This document shows, piece by piece, positions 40,881 through 50,009 of a stretch of DNA of 64,000 bases (position 1 is its first letter; the number at the start of each line of letters is the position of its first letter). Location: positions 3,968,001-4,032,000 of the forward strand of contig OZ241867.1 in the NCBI GenBank assembly GCA_965203175.1, read 5' to 3'. A model generated the notes under the pieces. That model was not told the origin of the DNA and ran no database searches. It saw nothing but the letters and a program-made list of their open reading frames with translations. This DNA is from Candidatus Latescibacterota bacterium (GTDB lineage Bacteria > Latescibacterota > UBA2968 > UBA8231). Both the position numbers and the translations under genes were made by a program.

Positions 40881-41822
40881 ATGGATAAGAGAGTCTCTAC
40901 GGACAAGGCAGTGAAACAGGTGAGGGTGCGCGCACCGGCTACGTCGGCGAATCTTGGAGCGGGTTTTGACTGCTTGGGATTGGCGCTGGAATTGTACATG
41001 GACTTGGCGGTGGAGGAAGGCGAAGGCGAGGGCTTGGAAATCGCGGCCACGGGCGAGGGGAGCGGGAGCGTGCCCTTGGACGAGCGCAACGCGGTCTATC
41101 AGGGGATGATGCGCGCCTATGCGCGGGCTGGTAAGACGCCCGGACGGTTGCGCTTGGCAATAGACAGTCAGATTCCGCTGGCCAGTGGGCTGGGCAGCAG
41201 CTCGGCAGCTCTAGTCGCTGGCTTGACCGCCGGAGCCGAGCTGTGCGGGATGAGGCTGGATCGGGAGGAGGTTTTGCGGCAGGGTGTGGCAGTGGAGGGA
41301 CACCCGGACAATGTCGCGCCCTGCGCGTTAGGAGGGATCGTCATCGCAGCTTTGGACGGCGAGGAGATTGTGTGGGCGCGGATTGAGCCGCCGAAGGATT
41401 TGGCCGCGGTCGTGGCCATACCAGATTTTCCCCTGCCCACGTCCAAGTCGCGGAGCGTGCTGCCCGAGCAGATTGAGCGGCGGGACGCGATATTTAACGC
41501 CGGGCGCGTCGGCTTGTTGGTGGCTGCACTGCAACAGGGCGACTACAGCCTGCTGCGGACTGGGATGCAAGATCGGTTGCACCAGCCCTATCGCACGGCT
41601 CTGGTTCCGGGGATGGAAGGGGTGTTGGCCGCGGCTACAGCGGCGGGGGCGTTGGGTGCGGCGTTGAGCGGGGCCGGGCCAACCGCGTTAGCGCTGGCAA
41701 GCGACCGGGGTGCAGAGGTGGCTGAGGCCATGCAAAAGGCATGGGCCAAAGAAGGGATTGCCGCGCGAACTTTGGTCCTCGGCCTCGCCGCCGAGGGCGT
41801 GCAATGCGTAAAAGAGAGGTAA
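40881..41822 (+). CDS. thrB: Homoserine kinase
   Basis: PATSANLGAGFDCLGLAL, PLASGLGSS, EGHPDN, D.LHQPYR, LSGAGPT; exact start uncertain (40881 or GTG 40911). Confidence 0.93.
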   Translation: MDKRVSTDKAVKQVRVRAPATSANLGAGFDCLGLALELYMDLAVEEGEGEGLEIAATGEGSGSVPLDERNAVYQGMMRAYARAGKTPGRLRLAIDSQIPLASGLGSSSAALVAGLTAGAELCGMRLDREEVLRQGVAVEGHPDNVAPCALGGIVIAALDGEEIVWARIEPPKDLAAVVAIPDFPLPTSKSRSVLPEQIERRDAIFNAGRVGLLVAALQQGDYSLLRTGMQDRLHQPYRTALVPGMEGVLAAATAAGALGAALSGAGPTALALASDRGAEVAEAMQKAWAKEGIAARTLVLGLAAEGVQCVKER

Positions 41823-41828
41823 ATAAAT

Positions 41829-42830
41829 ATGGTTAGCGAAGCCGCGCTCATAGACGACATGACGACTCCGACGCCCGAAGTCGTGGAGGCTGTGCGCCAG
41901 TTGGATGGGCCGATCCTGCTGCTGGGAGTAAGCGGCAAGATGGGACCGACCTTGGCCGAGCTGTTAGTGCGGGCCGGGGCGCAGCAGGTGGTAGGGGTAG
42001 CGCGCTTTACGGATGCAGAAAAGCGGCGCTACTTGGAGGACATCGGCGTGCAGACTATCGCCTGCGACCTGCTCGCCGACGAGGCGCTGAAGGAGTTGCC
42101 CGATGCGCCCAACGTCCTCTTCCTCGCCGGGTTTAAGTTTGGAGCCACCGGCAATGAAGACGCGACTTGGGCGATGAACACTGCATTGCCCAGCGCGGTG
42201 ATGGCGCGCTACTCCCAGTCGCGGATCGTCTATGTGAGCTCGGGCAATGTGTATGCGTATGCCAAGGCCCCGGGGCCGGGGGCGGACGAAGACGGAGACT
42301 TGGGGCCGGTGGGCGAATACGCCCAATCGCGCTTGGGCGGCGAGCGGGTCGCCGAGTACGCGTCGCGGATGCGGGGGACGCCCTTGGTGATTGTGCGGTT
42401 GTTTTACGCCACTGAGCCGCGCTACGGCATCATCCGCGATCTGGCCGATAAGGTGTGGCAGGAAGAGCCGATTGACTTGGCTATGGGGTACGTCAACCAA
42501 ATCTGGCAGGGCGACGCCAACGCCTATCTGTGCCGCTTCTTCCCTCTGTGCGATAGCCCGGCCGACGTCATCAATCTGACCGGCCCGGATACCTTATCTG
42601 TGCGCGCGCTAGCCGAACAGCTAGGAAAAATAATGGGCAAAACGCCCTGCTTCACGGGCACAGAGGCCCCGGACGCCCTCTTGGGGGATAGTCGGCGCTT
42701 GTGCGCGGAATTTGGCCGCCCACGCGTCAGCCCGGAGCAGATGCTGCACACTGTGGCCGAATGGGTCATGGCCGATGGTCTGAGCTTGGGTAAGCCGACC
42801 AAATACGAATCTCGCAGCGGGCAGTTCTAA
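41829..42830 (+). CDS. NAD-dependent epimerase/dehydratase family protein
   Basis: LGVSGKMG, G.KFG, S.GNVY, YAQSRLG.ER, N.IWQGDA. Confidence 0.85.
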   Translation: MVSEAALIDDMTTPTPEVVEAVRQLDGPILLLGVSGKMGPTLAELLVRAGAQQVVGVARFTDAEKRRYLEDIGVQTIACDLLADEALKELPDAPNVLFLAGFKFGATGNEDATWAMNTALPSAVMARYSQSRIVYVSSGNVYAYAKAPGPGADEDGDLGPVGEYAQSRLGGERVAEYASRMRGTPLVIVRLFYATEPRYGIIRDLADKVWQEEPIDLAMGYVNQIWQGDANAYLCRFFPLCDSPADVINLTGPDTLSVRALAEQLGKIMGKTPCFTGTEAPDALLGDSRRLCAEFGRPRVSPEQMLHTVAEWVMADGLSLGKPTKYESRSGQF

Positions 42831-42832
42831 CG

Positions 42833-43735
42833 ATGAAGGAGCGGATCGCCGAGGCGGCTGCCAAGTCCGTCGAGGCGCTGTTGACGGGCGGCGCGGGTGT
42901 AAGTGTGCTGCGGGACGGTCAATTGTTGTGGTCGCTATCGCATTTGTGGGATCAGCCGCGCTATCGGGGGCTAGCCGAGCAGGTGGCCGAGAGCCGTGAG
43001 CACGATGAGGCTGCGGTTCGCGATTCTCTTGCGCTGGCCGAGGGATTGGCGGCCTGTAGATATTGGGAACGGGCGCGGATGCTCGTGTTGCAAAGCCTAG
43101 CCCGTTGCGACGCGGCGGATTACGTCGGCGAGTCGCCAGAGGGGCAACCCATGCCCAAGGGGGCGCGCTGTCTCGATGACTGGGCACAAGTGCTGAGCGT
43201 GTGTACGCGCCTTTTGCACGTCCGCGCCGACCGCGAACTGCAAATAGCAGCCGCTCGCGCCGTAGCTGCCATCTTGAACTACCACTACCACCCGGACTTG
43301 GGGGGGGTGCTCTTTGCCGTCCGCGGCGACTTCTTCCACTTTGACGAGTACTGGGGAACCTGCGTCTACAGCGAGGCGGCCCTCGCCGCGCTGACTGCGA
43401 TGTTGGATGAAGCCGGTCGCCGTGGAGAGACGCACCTCAGCGCCTTGACGGGGCGCTACCTGCGCCAACACGTAGAAGCCGCTTGGAATCCGGCTACGGG
43501 CGGCATCCGCCGCGAGTACAGTTTGGGCGTCTGGAGTGATGAAAGGCCTGGGGCCGTCCAAGCCGCAGCCGTATGTGCCTTGGCGACGTTGCACCGTTAT
43601 CAGGGGGGCGATTGGGAGGCTGCGTGGTTGGAGCGGGTGCGAGGTTACCAAAGGAACTGTCCAACCGATCCGCTCGCCGAGTTGCGCTACTTAGTTCGCT
43701 GCACGCGGGAACCGAAGAAAAACTTGACATTGTGA
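42833..43735 (+). CDS. Hypothetical protein, possibly degenerate AGE (N-acylglucosamine 2-epimerase-like) fold
   Basis: 300 aa; GQLLWSLSHL and ALTAMLDEA.R.G...HVEAAWNPATGG resemble AGE-family repeats; coupled to the epimerase. Confidence 0.45.
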   Translation: MKERIAEAAAKSVEALLTGGAGVSVLRDGQLLWSLSHLWDQPRYRGLAEQVAESREHDEAAVRDSLALAEGLAACRYWERARMLVLQSLARCDAADYVGESPEGQPMPKGARCLDDWAQVLSVCTRLLHVRADRELQIAAARAVAAILNYHYHPDLGGVLFAVRGDFFHFDEYWGTCVYSEAALAALTAMLDEAGRRGETHLSALTGRYLRQHVEAAWNPATGGIRREYSLGVWSDERPGAVQAAAVCALATLHRYQGGDWEAAWLERVRGYQRNCPTDPLAELRYLVRCTREPKKNLTL

Positions 43736-43752
43736 AGTGAGAAAGCCATTCT
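43724..43752 (+). promoter_or_regulatory. Sigma70-type promoter
   Basis: TTGACA 43724-43729, 17 bp, CATTCT 43747-43752; palindrome TGACTAGTCA 43767-43776 just before the RBS AGGAGG. Confidence 0.5.
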
Positions 43753-43787
43753 GACCGCAGACGTTTTGACTAGTCAGGAGGTCTATC

Positions 43788-44864
43788 ATGATCGTCTATC
43801 ACGGCACCACGCGCCGCGCTGCGCGTCAGATTGCCCGCGATGGTTTTCAGCCGCGGTCGCCCTCGCGGCGGGTGTGGTTTTCGCGGGGCAAGAGGTACGC
43901 CAAGCAGCGGGCACACTCCAAATCGCGGCACACCCGAGATCGCCCCGTTGTGCTGACCGTAGATCTCGACTTGAAAACTCTGCGCCAGCGCCACGGCAGT
44001 CAGCAGGTGCGCGAAAGCGGCGGGGTTATTTCAATCAGAGGAGACATTCCCGCGTCCTCGCTGCGCAGCCACTATGGGCTGGGCCTCCCGGAGACCGCCG
44101 AGGAGATCGCCCGCTGGGTCAACGCCGTCTTGGGCGTCAAGGCGCACAAGGGCGTCAGCGCCCGCGACGAGGGCGTCTTGCGCTTGACCCGCTGGATCGA
44201 TAACCGGCTGGCGACCCAGCCCAATGCACGGCTCGGCGAGAAGGAATTGCTCGCCCGCGCCGCGCAGTGGATCCCCGACCGCTTTGCCGAGGTGGAGATC
44301 GACTTTGAGCATTTGCGGGTCTGGCCCAAGGTGGCGCGAGAGGCCGAGGCGCAGCAGGCCGCGTTCGAAATTGCAGCGCCCGTTGATCACCGCGAGGAAG
44401 AGGCCATCGCTTGCTTGGATTCGGACAAGCCGCAGCGGCAGGTGCGCGGCCTCCAGCTCTTGGCCGACCTAGACGATCCAGACCTGTTTGAGTGGTGCGT
44501 ATTGCTGCTCGGCGAGAGCCAGCCGCAAAGCGCGGTCGGCGTCCTCAAGGTGATGCGGCATTGCGATGACATTCAGCCGGAGGTATTAGTTCCGTACGCG
44601 GAGAGCGAGCACAAGGCGGTGCGCGGCGCGGCCATTGAAGTGCTGGTCCTGCGCAGTGGGGAAGAGGCCCCAAAGTGGTTTTGGCGCGGCCTGACCGACC
44701 CGGTGCCGCACGTGCGGCTGAGCGCGGCCAAGTTCCTCGACCGCCTCGACCCGCGCACGCATCGCGACAGCTTTGAGGCCGCGCTCTACGACCCGCACCC
44801 GCAGGTGGCGCAAGCGGCGCGCAAGCTGACGCAGCACATGGGATTTGAGCCGTTGTCTTGGTGA
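43788..44864 (+). CDS. HEAT-repeat protein with N-terminal ADP-ribosyltransferase-like domain
   Basis: N-terminal YHGT....RQI.RDGF....VWFS....A; C-terminal HEAT repeats (AVRGAAIEVL, LTDPVPHVRLSAA, LYDPHPQVAQAA); strong RBS. Confidence 0.65.
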   Translation: MIVYHGTTRRAARQIARDGFQPRSPSRRVWFSRGKRYAKQRAHSKSRHTRDRPVVLTVDLDLKTLRQRHGSQQVRESGGVISIRGDIPASSLRSHYGLGLPETAEEIARWVNAVLGVKAHKGVSARDEGVLRLTRWIDNRLATQPNARLGEKELLARAAQWIPDRFAEVEIDFEHLRVWPKVAREAEAQQAAFEIAAPVDHREEEAIACLDSDKPQRQVRGLQLLADLDDPDLFEWCVLLLGESQPQSAVGVLKVMRHCDDIQPEVLVPYAESEHKAVRGAAIEVLVLRSGEEAPKWFWRGLTDPVPHVRLSAAKFLDRLDPRTHRDSFEAALYDPHPQVAQAARKLTQHMGFEPLSW

Positions 44865-44913
44865 ATACTCAGTAGCCAAGACAACCTCCGATCTTCTCCA
44901 GTTTTCTAGAATT

Positions 44914-46089
44914 CTACTCGCCCGCCTGTTCGGCCAAGTAGTGCTTAGCCGTTTCGTCGTCGGGGTTGATCTCTGTGATTTGCCGGTAGTGTTCGCGGGC
45001 GCGGGGGACGTCGTGGCGGATGGCGGCGCTGGCGGCTAGGGCGTGGAGGATGTTGAGGTCTTGGGGCAGGCGTTTGAGTAGATGTGCAAGCTGTAGCTCA
45101 ATGTCTTCGATGTAATCGGGAACCTCGCGCTGCTCATCCGTTGGCGTCTTCTCGTCCGGTTTGAGCGCCGAGGTCAACGTCCCCACCATCCCGAAAATCC
45201 CCCCGAGCCCTCCGGTGCCCCGGCGGGACTGGAATGGGACTTGGACGTCGAGCGCAGCAAGGCTCAAGGATGCAGCTTCGACAAAGGCGGTAGCGGCCTC
45301 GGCATAGCGCCCGGCTTCGGCGAGTGCGCTGCCCAGGTTGTAGTAGATGGCCGGGTTGTTCAGCCCATAGGCGACAAGCTCGGCGTAGATGGCTAGCTCG
45401 CGGTTGTGGTCGTTTGCCGCAAAGGCGGCAGTGGCTTGGTCGCGGAGGGTGCTGAGGTGGTCTTCTACTTTGTGCAGGACCGCGGTAGCCGCCGGGTTGC
45501 GGCTGGGGACCAGCAGGGTTAGCTGGCCGCGCGGGTCGTGGCTCAAGACCGGGGTCTGGACGGTGAAGGGCAGTCCCTCGTCGGCTAGGGCCGTGGCGAT
45601 TTTTTGCATGTAGCGGGGTGAGCGGGTGCGGAGGAGGGGCTGCCAGCTATCGAGCTGATAGGTTGTGCCCGCGAGGTGATCCCAATCCGCTAGAGTCAGG
45701 AAATGGCGCAGCAGGTCTTGTAGGGACTGGCCCTCGGCGACGAAGAAGGAAAAGGCATACTCCTCGCCCCGGTAAACGTTCACCAGATAGGAGCGCAGCT
45801 CGCGCTGGACGACGAGGGTATCGCCGAAGTAGTGGGTAAAGGCCAACAGATGCCACAGCGGCAACTCTTCGCTGGCTTTTGCGAGGGCCTGGGCGATGGT
45901 GCAGGTTGCAGGGGCGTCTGCGTGGTAGCGGACTTCGACTTGGTCGATGAAGGCTTGGGGATCGACGTTGCGGCGTGCCAGTTCCGCGGCGACGCTGGCT
46001 AGGTAGGGGGCCTGATAGTTGGCGCGTTCTAGGGTGAGGGCGCGGACGAGATCCTCGTCGTGATAGGCGGCGAAGTGGTCTGCCTGCAT
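44914..46089 (-). CDS. TPR-containing hypothetical protein
   Basis: YYNLGSALAEAGRYAEA and AREHYRQITEINPDD TPRs; likely start ATG 46089. Confidence 0.7.
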   Translation of the reverse strand: MQADHFAAYHDEDLVRALTLERANYQAPYLASVAAELARRNVDPQAFIDQVEVRYHADAPATCTIAQALAKASEELPLWHLLAFTHYFGDTLVVQRELRSYLVNVYRGEEYAFSFFVAEGQSLQDLLRHFLTLADWDHLAGTTYQLDSWQPLLRTRSPRYMQKIATALADEGLPFTVQTPVLSHDPRGQLTLLVPSRNPAATAVLHKVEDHLSTLRDQATAAFAANDHNRELAIYAELVAYGLNNPAIYYNLGSALAEAGRYAEAATAFVEAASLSLAALDVQVPFQSRRGTGGLGGIFGMVGTLTSALKPDEKTPTDEQREVPDYIEDIELQLAHLLKRLPQDLNILHALAASAAIRHDVPRAREHYRQITEINPDDETAKHYLAEQAGE

Positions 46090-46091
46090 GT

Positions 46092-46286
46092 TTAATCGAG
46101 CGGCAAGCGCCGACGCGGACGCTCCTCTTCTTTGGGGCGTTCTAAGCGGCCGGCCCCGCTGGTCGCCTGGCGGTAGAGGCGGACAAAACTCCGGCCCACC
46201 CACCAGACGAGGACGAGAAACGCGGCGATAGCGTAGGCCGAATGGCGGCTTTGGAGGTCGGTGAGGTACTCCCAAACAATATTCAT
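46092..46286 (-). CDS. Small single-TM membrane protein
   Basis: 64 aa with hydrophobic AYAIAAFLVLVWWVG; stop 2 nt before the TPR gene start. Confidence 0.5.
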   Translation of the reverse strand: MNIVWEYLTDLQSRHSAYAIAAFLVLVWWVGRSFVRLYRQATSGAGRLERPKEEERPRRRLPLD

Positions 46287-46399
46287 TATCCACCGATTGT
46301 ATCCGCTACGAGAGACGAACGCAAGCCAATTCGCCGCTCGCTTCTAGTCTGGCTATATTTAGAAGCGGTTTCACAGCTCTATTCCACCGACCAACTAAA

Positions 46400-47911
46400 A
46401 TGACCAACAAACATCGCGTAGCCCTAGGGGCCATTTTTACGGAGTGCAATCAATTCGGCGGCGAGCCGATTGATTTGTCGTGGTTTGAGCGCTATGAGCT
46501 ACGGCGCGGGCGCGAGGTACTCGCGGCCGAAGATGGGGTGGCCGGCGGTATGCTCAGCGTGCTGGCGGCGCGCGGCGTGGAAGTTGCGCCCCTGTTGTTT
46601 GCCAGCACCTGTCCCGGTGGGCCGCTGACGCGGGCTTGTTACGACCCGCTCAAGGAAGAGCTTTTGACGCGTCTCAACGAAGCGCTCCCGGTAGATGGCG
46701 TCCTCATGCCGCTGCACGGGGCGGCGGCGGTGGAGGGCGGCATCGATTTGGAAGGGGATCTGCTGGCTGCCGTGCGGGACGTCGTCGGGGATGCCGTGCC
46801 TATCGTCGCTACGCTCGACCTCCACGCCCATATTTCCGCGGAAATGGTGCGCGCTGCCGATGGCTTGGTAGCGTGGGAGACCTATCCGCATCGCGATGCC
46901 TTTTCCACGGGCGAGCGCGGGGCGCGCCTGCTGTGCGACGCGCTCGCTGGCGCGTGCAAACCCGCGATGGCCATGGCCAAGGTGCCAGTGCTCACCGGGG
47001 CCATTCACGGCTCGACCGAAGACGATGATCCCTTCGCGCAAGTGATGGCCTTGGCCAAGGCAGGTGAGCAGCGCGATGGCATCCTCTCGACGAGTGCTAT
47101 CTTGGTGCATCCCTATCTCGATTTTGCTGGCATGGGTAGCGGTGGGCTAGTCATTGCCGACGGTGACTTTGCCAAGGCCGAAGCACTCGCCCGCGAGTTG
47201 GCCACGGCGTACTGGGAGCGGCGCTTTGCCTTAGAGCCAGAGTTGTACGCGCCCGAGGATGCCGTGCGCGCTGGTTTGGCCGTCCAGGGTGGTCCGGTGG
47301 TACTAGTCGAGGCTGCGGACTGCTGTGGTGGTGGGGCGGCTGGCGATAGTGTGGCGGCGCTGGTGGCTCTGTTGCAGGTCGAGTTGGACGGACCGGCGCT
47401 GGTGCCCTTGGTCGATGCCCGCGCGGCTGCAGCCTGCCACCAAGCTGGCGTTGGGGCCGAGGTGGAGTTGGCGCTGGGGCACGGGCACGATCCGCGTTGG
47501 GGACAGCCGATTGACGTGCGAGGCCGGGTGCTGCGGTTGAGCGATGGCCGCTTCCGCTATCAGGGCGGTATTTGGGCAGGGGTCGAAGGGCAGATGGGAC
47601 CGGCGGCAGTGCTCGCGCTGGAACAGATACAGGTGTTGTTGGCGTCGCATCCGACCTATGAGTGGGATGGCGAGCAATTTGCGGCTTTGGGGATGGACGC
47701 GGCACAAGCGCGCTTTATCGTCGCCAAGAATCCCATGAACTACCGCCTCGCCTTTGGACCAATGGCCCAGGCCGTTTTTGTGCTCGACACGCCGGGGCCG
47801 ACGCCGGCGACGGTGCGGCACTTGCCCTTTGTCCAGCGGGCGCGGCCCTTTTTTCCATTGGATTCGGATATGGAGTTGGAGATGGAGGTGCTGCGCGCGG
47901 AGGCGCGATAG
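46400..47911 (+). CDS. M81 family metallopeptidase (MlrC-like)
   Basis: E.NQF, LHGA, EGDLL..VR, LDLHAH, TYPHRD, D..GGG..GD, VAKN, DTPG. Confidence 0.9.
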   Translation: MTNKHRVALGAIFTECNQFGGEPIDLSWFERYELRRGREVLAAEDGVAGGMLSVLAARGVEVAPLLFASTCPGGPLTRACYDPLKEELLTRLNEALPVDGVLMPLHGAAAVEGGIDLEGDLLAAVRDVVGDAVPIVATLDLHAHISAEMVRAADGLVAWETYPHRDAFSTGERGARLLCDALAGACKPAMAMAKVPVLTGAIHGSTEDDDPFAQVMALAKAGEQRDGILSTSAILVHPYLDFAGMGSGGLVIADGDFAKAEALARELATAYWERRFALEPELYAPEDAVRAGLAVQGGPVVLVEAADCCGGGAAGDSVAALVALLQVELDGPALVPLVDARAAAACHQAGVGAEVELALGHGHDPRWGQPIDVRGRVLRLSDGRFRYQGGIWAGVEGQMGPAAVLALEQIQVLLASHPTYEWDGEQFAALGMDAAQARFIVAKNPMNYRLAFGPMAQAVFVLDTPGPTPATVRHLPFVQRARPFFPLDSDMELEMEVLRAEAR

Positions 47912-47920
47912 CGCGATAGG

Positions 47921-48247
47921 ATGAAGAAGGTTGAAGAGCAAGAAATACGGCGCGTTGCCGAACACATTGGCCGCCAAGCAGATGCCGAACGGGTCGTCCT
48001 ATTCGGCTCCTATGCTCGTGGAGAAGCTACCGAGCACAGCGACGTCGATTTACTCGTGATCGCCCCAAGCGACCTGCCGCGCTTCAAACGCAGCCGCGCC
48101 CTCTATCAGTCGTTACGTCCCTATCCATTCGCTATGGACTTGTTGGTCTATACTCCAGAAGAGATGAAAAAGGCCCAACAGTCGCCTCTTTCCTTTGTTT
48201 CTACCGCGATGCGCGAGGGCAAAACGGTCTATGTCCGCCGAGACTGA
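47921..48247 (+). CDS. Minimal nucleotidyltransferase (MNT) antitoxin
   Basis: LFGSYARG.....SDVDLLV, DLLVYTPEE. Confidence 0.9.
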   Translation: MKKVEEQEIRRVAEHIGRQADAERVVLFGSYARGEATEHSDVDLLVIAPSDLPRFKRSRALYQSLRPYPFAMDLLVYTPEEMKKAQQSPLSFVSTAMREGKTVYVRRD

Positions 48248-48629
48248 ACTTGCCCGTCAGTGGCTGACTAAGGCCCAAAATGACCTCCTCAATGCAGACA
48301 ACAACCTCAACGCCGAGCAGGTTCCTTTAGATACGGTATGTTTTCACTGCCAGCAGGCCGCCGAGAAAATGCTCAAGGCATTCCTCGTAGGTAACGGACA
48401 TCCCCATCCTTTTACACACGACCTGCTGCTGTTGCTGCAACATGTGCTTCCAATTCATGCCAATGCCGAACAGCTCCGCGATGCGCTGTCCCTCCTGATG
48501 CCTTATGCCATAGAAATTCGCTATCCAAGCGATGCGTTTACTCCTACCGAGGAGGATGCTCGGGAAGCGCGGCAGGCGGCTGAGGAGGTCTTGACGTGGC
48601 TGCGGGCAGCCCTTCCAGAAATTTTTTAG
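48231..48629 (+). CDS. HEPN domain protein (MNT-HEPN pair)
   Basis: W..KA..DL..A, CFHCQQAAEK.LKA.L, THDL, RYP; overlaps the MNT gene. Confidence 0.88.
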   Translation: MSAETELARQWLTKAQNDLLNADNNLNAEQVPLDTVCFHCQQAAEKMLKAFLVGNGHPHPFTHDLLLLLQHVLPIHANAEQLRDALSLLMPYAIEIRYPSDAFTPTEEDAREARQAAEEVLTWLRAALPEIF

Positions 48630-48809
48630 AAGCGTCTTGGCTAGACGAGGGAACGCGAGACCAGTATAGCTCCAAACCTCCTCGCCGTCTCCGAAAAGTA
48701 CAGCACTTCCTCCAGCGAGCGCGGCCCTTTTTTCTGTTAGATCCGGATATGGCGCTGGAGATGGAAGTTTTGCGCGCGAAGGCGCGATAGGGGAGAGTAA
48801 GACACAGTG

Positions 48810-48941
48810 ATGAAGAAAATTGAAGAGCAAGAAATACGGCGCGTCGTCGAACGCATTGACTACTACATGGAGCCGAAGCCGAGATTGAGGCGACACACCG
48901 ATTTGTTCGACAAGATGAGGCCAACCGCCGGAATCCGATGA
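48810..48941 (+). pseudogene. Truncated second MNT 5' copy fused to unrelated sequence
   Basis: 48810-48858 is 44/49 identical to 47921-47969 (MKKIEEQEIRRVVERI), then diverges; stops after 43 aa. Confidence 0.7.
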
Positions 48942-49279
48942 TCGCCTACGGTGATCCTGTCGTCGTTGAATTCATGCAACAACGCCGGTGGGTATCACAA
49001 ATGAAACGGTCATTTGAATCCGTTTTCCGTAAAGCGCAAGACCAAGGCTATCAGCGGTTACATAACTATGTAGTTTCAGGTGCATTAAAGGGATTTATTT
49101 TGCCCTATCTGGGGCAAAGAGACAGCATGATAACGCTTCCTGATCTTGTGAGCCGGGAAGAAGTTTTGAATTACCCTACGGATTTTTCAGCTATGAATGA
49201 AGAATATATCGAGCGGCTTACTAAGCGTGGGGAACAATTGACTCGTTGGCTTATCGCCCGCTATACGCCCGAACTTTGA
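48938..49279 (+). pseudogene. C-terminal fragment, probably of a patatin-like phospholipase
   Basis: AT-rich; LPYLGQ.D....PDLVSREEV..YPTDFSAM....IE.L.KRGEQLT..LI..Y.PEL recalls one patatin subfamily C-terminus; no GxSxG or DGG motif. Confidence 0.5.
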
Positions 49280-49354
49280 CATTATATTGTAGGATCGAGG
49301 TTTTAGTCGAGGCGCGACGGATTATAGAGATACTGCGCGCGGAGGCGCGATAGG

Positions 49355-49762
49355 TCATCGGACGTGCCAGAGCTGAAGCGGCATCCATCTTGTCATGCGA
49401 CTGAAATCGGGGTCGGTCGCCAACATAACCAGTTTGTGGCGAATGCAGAGCTGGGCGAGTAGGACGTCGGTGGTTCCAATCTGAATGCCGTGGCGGCGGC
49501 ACTTGCTGTGCAACTCGGCTGCGTCAATGTAGTCGTCGCGCCCGGGCACAATCATGGCGAGCACTGCGAACCGTTCGGCGATCTGCTCTTTGGCTCTCGG
49601 CCCCATAAAGCCCTGCAACAACTCCTGCAGGACGATTCCAGTCGTGTAAATCGATTCACCACCACCGAGCGCCTCCCGCAGACGCTGGACTTCGGGCCCT
49701 TTGGGCATCGTGTCTCGTCGCAAGGCCAGCGACCAGACGCTTGTGTCCACAAACAACGTCAC
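49355..49762 (-). CDS. vapC: VapC PIN-domain toxin
   Basis: FVDTSVWS, VLQELLQG, D..LA..C, T.D.DF. Confidence 0.9.
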   Translation of the reverse strand: MTLFVDTSVWSLALRRDTMPKGPEVQRLREALGGGESIYTTGIVLQELLQGFMGPRAKEQIAERFAVLAMIVPGRDDYIDAAELHSKCRRHGIQIGTTDVLLAQLCIRHKLVMLATDPDFSRMTRWMPLQLWHVR

Positions 49763-49959
49763 CCACGGCTCCGTTCGCGTTTGTAGTCAAAGCTGTCGTC
49801 CCAGTACAATTTGCCAAAAAGATCCAAGAGCCGTTCCTGCTCTCGGCGCGCGATGAATTCCTGCAAGGCGCGGTTGACGGTCGCTTTCTTGGTTTTCTCA
49901 CCGCCGATTTCTAACGCTCTGTTGAGCAGGTCTGGGTCTATCGCCAAGTTTGTCGCCAT
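49759..49959 (-). CDS. vapB: VapB antitoxin
   Basis: MATNLAIDPDLL..AL..GG.KTKKATVN.AL.EFI; GTGA overlap with vapC. Confidence 0.9.
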   Translation of the reverse strand: MATNLAIDPDLLNRALEIGGEKTKKATVNRALQEFIARREQERLLDLFGKLYWDDSFDYKRERSRG

Positions 49960-49977
49960 TGTAATTTCCTCTCACAC

Positions 49978-50009
49978 ATATAGTTACACATGAATATAGT
50001 TACACATGA
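49978..50009. repeat. 16-bp tandem repeat in the vapBC promoter (candidate operator)
   Basis: ATATAGTTACACATGA at 49978-49993 and 49994-50009. Confidence 0.75.

Larger units (their letters stand above)
47832..49353 (+). repeat. Three direct copies of the mlrC 3' end bracketing the TA islet
   Basis: 47832-47911 vs 48711-48790 (69/80 identical); 21-mer CTGCGCGCGGAGGCGCGATAG identical at 47891-47911 and 49333-49353. Confidence 0.85.

Noticed and set aside
46400-47911. Microcystin degradation cluster
   Set aside because: Only an M81/MlrC-family peptidase is present; no mlrA, mlrB or mlrD, and the family is widespread
48596-48790. 64-aa ORF ending like MlrC
   Set aside because: By-product of the duplicated mlrC 3' end, not an independent gene
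47921-49279. CBASS (nucleotidyltransferase + patatin effector)
   Set aside because: The NTase is a 108-aa minimal MNT paired with HEPN, not a CD-NTase, and the patatin-like piece is a fragment without catalytic motifs
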